Positions 59,526-64,000 of a stretch of 64,000 bases of DNA are shown piece after piece. The position numbers and the translations under genes were made by a program. Each line of letters starts with the position of its first letter. Position 1 is the first letter of the stretch. Source of the stretch: Prasinococcaceae sp. CCMP 1430 (lineage: Eukaryota; Plantae; Prasinodermophyta); the NCBI GenBank assembly GCA_013416795.1, contig RQSC01000029.1:642230-706229 (forward strand), read 5' to 3'. Below the pieces are notes generated by a model. It had not been told where the DNA came from and did no database searches. It saw only the letters and a list, made by a program, of their open reading frames with translations.

Positions 59526-62500
59526 TCAGCAAAACGGATTGCCACCGAGCTTGATGGAGTGCGAGCCTTCGCAGTACCCATAGTAGCTCTCCTTGGTGTC
59601 ACAGAAATTGTTTGAGACGGCGCCGTAGTAGCAGGGGCAGCACACGCCGGTGAAGCACGCCGCGTTGTCGTTCCAGCCGCAGTCGTCGCCGATGTTGAGC
59701 TTGTTGCCCGAGAAGTACACCGTCTCCTGCGCTTCTTCGTCGTCGTACCACATGAGCGGGTCGTTGTGGTTGTCCCAAATGGGCACGCCCACCTGGAAGA
59801 AGCCCACGTTGACGCCGCCGTTGATGTCGCCCTTGAGCAGATGCATCTTGCGATTGTCCAGTTTGGACGGGAAGTAGTAGTTGTACTCGAAGTTGCCCCA
59901 GAAGCCGACGACATTGATCTGGCCCGAGGCACCGATGTACCCAATCGTCGGCTGATCGCTTGCCGAGCCTTGACAGATGTTACTCTTGGAGCAAGGGTGC
60001 GCGTCGGCCCCTTGCATCCCACCCAGGAAGCCGACCGTCACGACAGGTATGCCGACTTCCCAGAGGCCGACCTTGACCTGCCCCTCGCCCTTGACCTCGA
60101 AGGCGCCGGCAAAGCCTTCCTTAGGGTCAACGTCCACCTTGAGCGAGATGCCGAAGGCAAGCGGCCCCTTTTGGATCTCGCCTTCGATCTGCACCAGGCA
60201 AATCGGGTACGAGTTGGGGTTAAAGTCCTCCACGTCGTGGTTGATGCCATAGACCATCGCCAGCCCTTTCGGCAGCTCTATGCCGGAGAGCAGGCGCGGC
60301 TTGCAATGCGCGCTGAGGTCCGAGTGGGAAGCCTGCACCTGGAAGTGGCCCTTCCCTGCCGCCTTCCATAGCTTCAGCAGCTTGTTGTCGGCCTTTGCCA
60401 GCAGGTGCCGCGTGGCGTTGCCCCCGTCCGCCGCCAGCGAGGCCATCACGCCCTCAGCGGGCCCGACCACGCGCGCCGTGAGCTGATCGAGCGGCAGCGT
60501 GAGGATTTCCTCGCCCGAGTCGAGTGGCGAGGCGAACTCGATGCCATTCTCGGTGAGACGGCCCGGCACATGGCCTTCCATCAGCAGACGCCGCTGGCCC
60601 GCGTCGGGCTGGCCCATCGACACGCGGCGCTGCTCCTTGCGGATATGCGACGCCAGCTTGCGGTGACCCTCGGAGGTGCCGTCGCCGATCGAGCCCGGCG
60701 GAAAGGGGTTTGTGCCGCGGAAGGGCGTCGTGCCGCTGCCCAAGAGCGTGATGGCCGGCGCGTCGCACCCGCCTGGCAGCTCGAAGTTGAAGCTCGCAAG
60801 GTCGAAGTCGGCGGCGCGGCCATCGCATTCGGAGTCCATGCACGTGAGCACGAAGACGGTAGACTCGCCATTGAGCTGGTTGCTCACGCGGCGGGGAATA
60901 TAGCTGCCGTCGGACATCTCCTGGTCGAACAGGAAGGCCTGCAGGTATTGGATGTTTTCGTCCCCCTCGATTCGGAACTTGCGCAAGGTGGCACTCTCGT
61001 CTGACATCACGTCAGGCGCGTAGCCGTGCTGCGCCAGTCGCTCGGCTGATACAGACATCTCACCGTCGTAGTAGCCCACCGAGTGGGTGGCGAGCACGTC
61101 TGCGAAGCTCAGGTCTGCGTCATCGCCCCCGTCGAGCTTGCACTGGATCACACCAGGGAACGTCGGGTGGCTCAAAGGGTCATCTCCAAAAGCAGAGATA
61201 GAGTAGTTGAGCCCAAAGTCGGTTCGGTCGGGGTTGACCATCCACGCGGCCTTGCGATCGTCTGCCTTCGAGTCACCGTCCTCGCCGGGGTCGAAGAAGG
61301 TGACACTGACATAGCCCTCGGGGAAGAGCGTCGACTCCTTTACCTCAAATGCTCGGCCTCCTTCCATCCACATGCGCCCCTTCACGCTGCGGATGTAGTT
61401 GCTCTGCGCCTCCGTGGCGTCTTCAGCCAGCGACATGTTGACGCGGTAGTTTTCTGCTGGAAAGTCGCCGATATGGTCGTGCAGCGATAGGCAGCGGTCA
61501 CGGCCGCTCGACTCGGGCCCCGTCTTGACGCAGGCGTAGTACATCTCGTACTCGACGTAAAAGCTGGCCGGGAAGCTAGGCATCGGGCCGTCGTCCTCGT
61601 CCATGCCCTCAAAGGCGTCAATCTTATTGAAGAGGCCGACCAGATCGTACAGGCTGGCCAGGCGACGGCCGCTCGCGTCCAGCGCGAAGCCTGCGTTCTC
61701 GAAGAGCGGTGCCACCTGTGAGCTAAAGGAAAGCTGGCGGCCAGTGATTGTAACCTGCCCGATGTGCGTCTACAGCACAACGCTCGAGCCGTCGCCCTCA
61801 AAGAAGCGCGCCCAACCGGTAATCTGCAGAACCAGCTTGGCCTCCTCGTTCTCCACGCGCAGGTAGCGCATCTCGTCAAAAGCTTCGTCGGGAAGCAGAC
61901 TCGAGAGCGCGGCGGGCACCGCGTTCACCGCCGCAGAGGCCGTCTTGTTGTCGGCGGTCTTAGTGACGCCTGAGGCATCGCTGAGCCCCGCAGAGGCGGT
62001 GGGAAGGCCGGTCGCTTTGTCCAGCGTTACGCCGCCCTCGATCTTGGTCTCCTTAGAGAGCTCAACCACGGTGAAGACGAGGCCCGTGATGGCCGCAAGC
62101 ATGATTCCCATGAGTAGCAGCAGTGCGGCAGCCAGCCTAGTCAGCTTCTTCACCATCTTCTTTGACTCAAGGTAGAGCTCAGCGCCGCGCGCGAGCTCCA
62201 TCGGCGCCACCGTGCCATCGCCGTCGACGTCGAAGACCTTGAGAGTGGGCTGGATTTCCTTGGGCAGCGTCTTTATCGCAATCTCGCCGCTGCGGTTGGC
62301 TTTCTTGAGCGTCGCGTACGTGTCGAAGACCTCCGTGATCTGCACGACACACAGCGCCCAAGGTCAGCAATGCAGTGCGCGCGGTGCAGCCTCGGGCGCG
62401 CGCCACGCCTGCAGCAAGGAGCGCGCGCCAGCTCGCAGCGTGACGCCCTAGTTGATAGCACGCACCTCGTCAAGCTCGAGGATTCCGTTGCCCTCGTCAT

Positions 62501-63277
62501 CGATCTCCTTCAGGATGGCTGCGGACGGACGTGTGCACGGCGCCGGCGGGCGGGGGTATGGGCGCAGTCAGCGCAGGTGGCGCACTGGTCTCGCCAAGCA
62601 CTGCGAGGCCCCCTTCCACGGCCAGTCGACCCCCCCCCTCCCACCCCAACACACACCGCAGCCTTCGAGGCAGCCCTGTGTCACCAGGGTGCCCGCACAT
62701 ACCACTCGCGTCCACAGCCGCAACCGGAGCGCCACGCGACGCGAGGTGCGCCGCAGGCGCGCGCACGGCACGCGCGCAGGGACATGTCTACAGCGCGCGG
62801 GGGAAAGGAGGGGCCAACAACAACCAAAACAAAGAGGCCGCCGCCGGCCGCGGCGCGCGAGCCGTTCGCGCCGCAGCAAAACGCCACGGCACTGGCGGAG
62901 GGCGTCTGCCCACACGAGCGTGCGCCCACGCCTCAGACGCCACCCTCAACGACCGGCGCAGCTCGCGAGCCGCCCCGCGACGCATTCGGTCACAGGCTGA
63001 CGCGGAGTGCGCGCCCAGCGGCAAGGCGCAGAGCACTCGACGCAGGGGTGTGGATGACCAACCGAACGGCGGCGCGCATCGGTTGGGTGTGCCAGCGGTT
63101 GGGGATTTCTCACCGCACGCGGCTCGTACCGTGCAGGCTCTCGGGGAACATGTCGATGCCGATGGAGAAGGCCGCGCCGTCCGCCGGCGGGGCGGCCGGG
63201 CCATCCTCTACTTTTCCGGATGCGGAGTCATCCTCCACTTTACTGGATGCGTTGCGCCCGCCGAAGGCGAAGGGCAT
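59526..63277 (-). CDS. About 1000-aa type II membrane protein (two EF-hands, TM, large Cys-containing ectodomain); exons 63277-63130, 62518-62466, 62339-59526; one in-frame TAG at 61772-61770
   Basis: Exon phases fit: SLH-A-ILKEIDDEGNGILELDE-ITEVF. Second EF loop FDVDGDGTVAPMEL; TM LAAALLLLMGIMLAAITGLVFTVVEL. The ORF-track frames 62345-61770 and 61715-59526 are the same frame, with no other stop between them. Confidence 0.75.
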
Positions 63278-63419
63278 GGCCTGCCGCGAGAGCGCGCGGC
63301 GCCGCGCGCGCTACGTGGCGCCGCGCGCGCTGTGTGGCGCCGCGCGCGCTGTGCCCCCTGGGCGAGACACCCAGCCCGAATGTCTCTGTCTCTCGTCACC
63401 GCGTTCAGCGCGCGCACTG

Positions 63420-63515
63420 ATGAGCGCACGCACACACAGATACACACGCACGCGCGCACACACACGCACGCACGCACGCACGCACGCACGCGCGCACGCA
63501 CGCGCGCACGCACCC
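63420..63515 (+). repeat. Imperfect (GCAC)n/(CA)n simple repeat
   Basis: cgcacgcacacacagatacacacgcacgcgcgcacacacacgcacgcacgcacgcacgcacgcacg. Confidence 0.75.
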
Positions 63516-64000
63516 CAATGCGCGCGCGCGCGGCGAGATACGCGTTCCGCGGCGTTTTCGCGGGCGCGTTCCGCGGCCTCCCGCGGCCGAGCTCGCTCGC
63601 GCGCGCCGCGGACGGGGCAGGGGGCAGGCGCCGTAGCGCGCCGTAGCGCGCGCGCGCTCGCGCGGCGGTTGGTTGGTTGGGGGAACGGGCGCGCGCGCGC
63701 GCATCAAATACGTGCACACACGCTTGACGCTGCTAACGAACTGTCCGGCGATAGGCCATTTTTGATGGTGCTGTCTGTACCAGATATTTGGCAAATCTTG
63801 CGGAATCCTCTCATGCTGTGCAGAACTGTGTCCGGCACCCAAGGAATCCGTCTGACCTACTATTTTCGCCTTGTCTTCTGGGGAACCGACACCCGGCCTC
63901 AATTGACCCCACCAACCAATATTACATGTCGCCGCTTCAATGGCGGCGCTCGGAGCTGCGCGCGCCGATCCGTGTCAAAGTACTGTACGGTCTCGCTCGC

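Noticed and set aside
61770-61772. TAG-to-Gln reassignment or pyrrolysine as the explanation for the in-frame TAG
   Set aside because: TAG terminates other genes in this window, and no other long gene here has internal TAG codons.
63700-64000. Minus-strand frame GVGSPEDKAKIVGQ...
   Set aside because: No recognisable motif and no clear splice or start context before the window ends; cannot be supported.
1-64000. CRISPR arrays, tRNA/rRNA genes, transposases or viral hallmark genes
   Set aside because: No repeat-spacer arrays, cloverleaf T/D-loop consensus, rRNA motifs or DDE/RT/capsid motifs were recognised by eye.

Overview
Gene-dense, GC-rich (roughly 70%) eukaryotic nuclear DNA from a draft assembly, with three N-gaps, one single N and several garbled homopolymer patches. 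It is almost certainly a prasinophyte-grade green alga: nuclear petC with a transit peptide, TTTAGGG telomeric repeats, DYRKP, fibrillin, and GTGCG/GTACG...CTGAC...CAG introns. A Prasinoderma-like source is an inference only. About 30 protein genes are recognisable, many in divergent pairs separated by AT-richer promoter islands: LPMO-like protein, kinesin-14, petC, IGPS, HIP/ST13, FAM32A, ADIP/SSX2IP, BLOS1, EXS, CFAP73, ALG6, DYRKP, SelS, 2OG-Fe(II) oxygenase, clathrin heavy chain, GT77-like, FUN14 and RAD51B. No tRNA, rRNA, CRISPR array or recognisable transposase was seen. The most notable findings are: (1) a selenoprotein S gene hidden behind an in-frame UGA with a SECIS-like hairpin; (2) a secreted His-brace LPMO-like protein with Trp at the usual Tyr/Phe axial position; (3) a VHS-GAT-RING-HAD phosphatase fusion; (4) a small membrane-anchored protein with a histone-H1-like tail; (5) a ~1000-aa EF-hand/TM/ectodomain gene split by one in-frame TAG; (6) a bacterial-type beta-lactamase fragment inside petC intron 1. 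Family assignments come from recognising motifs by eye, not from database searches.
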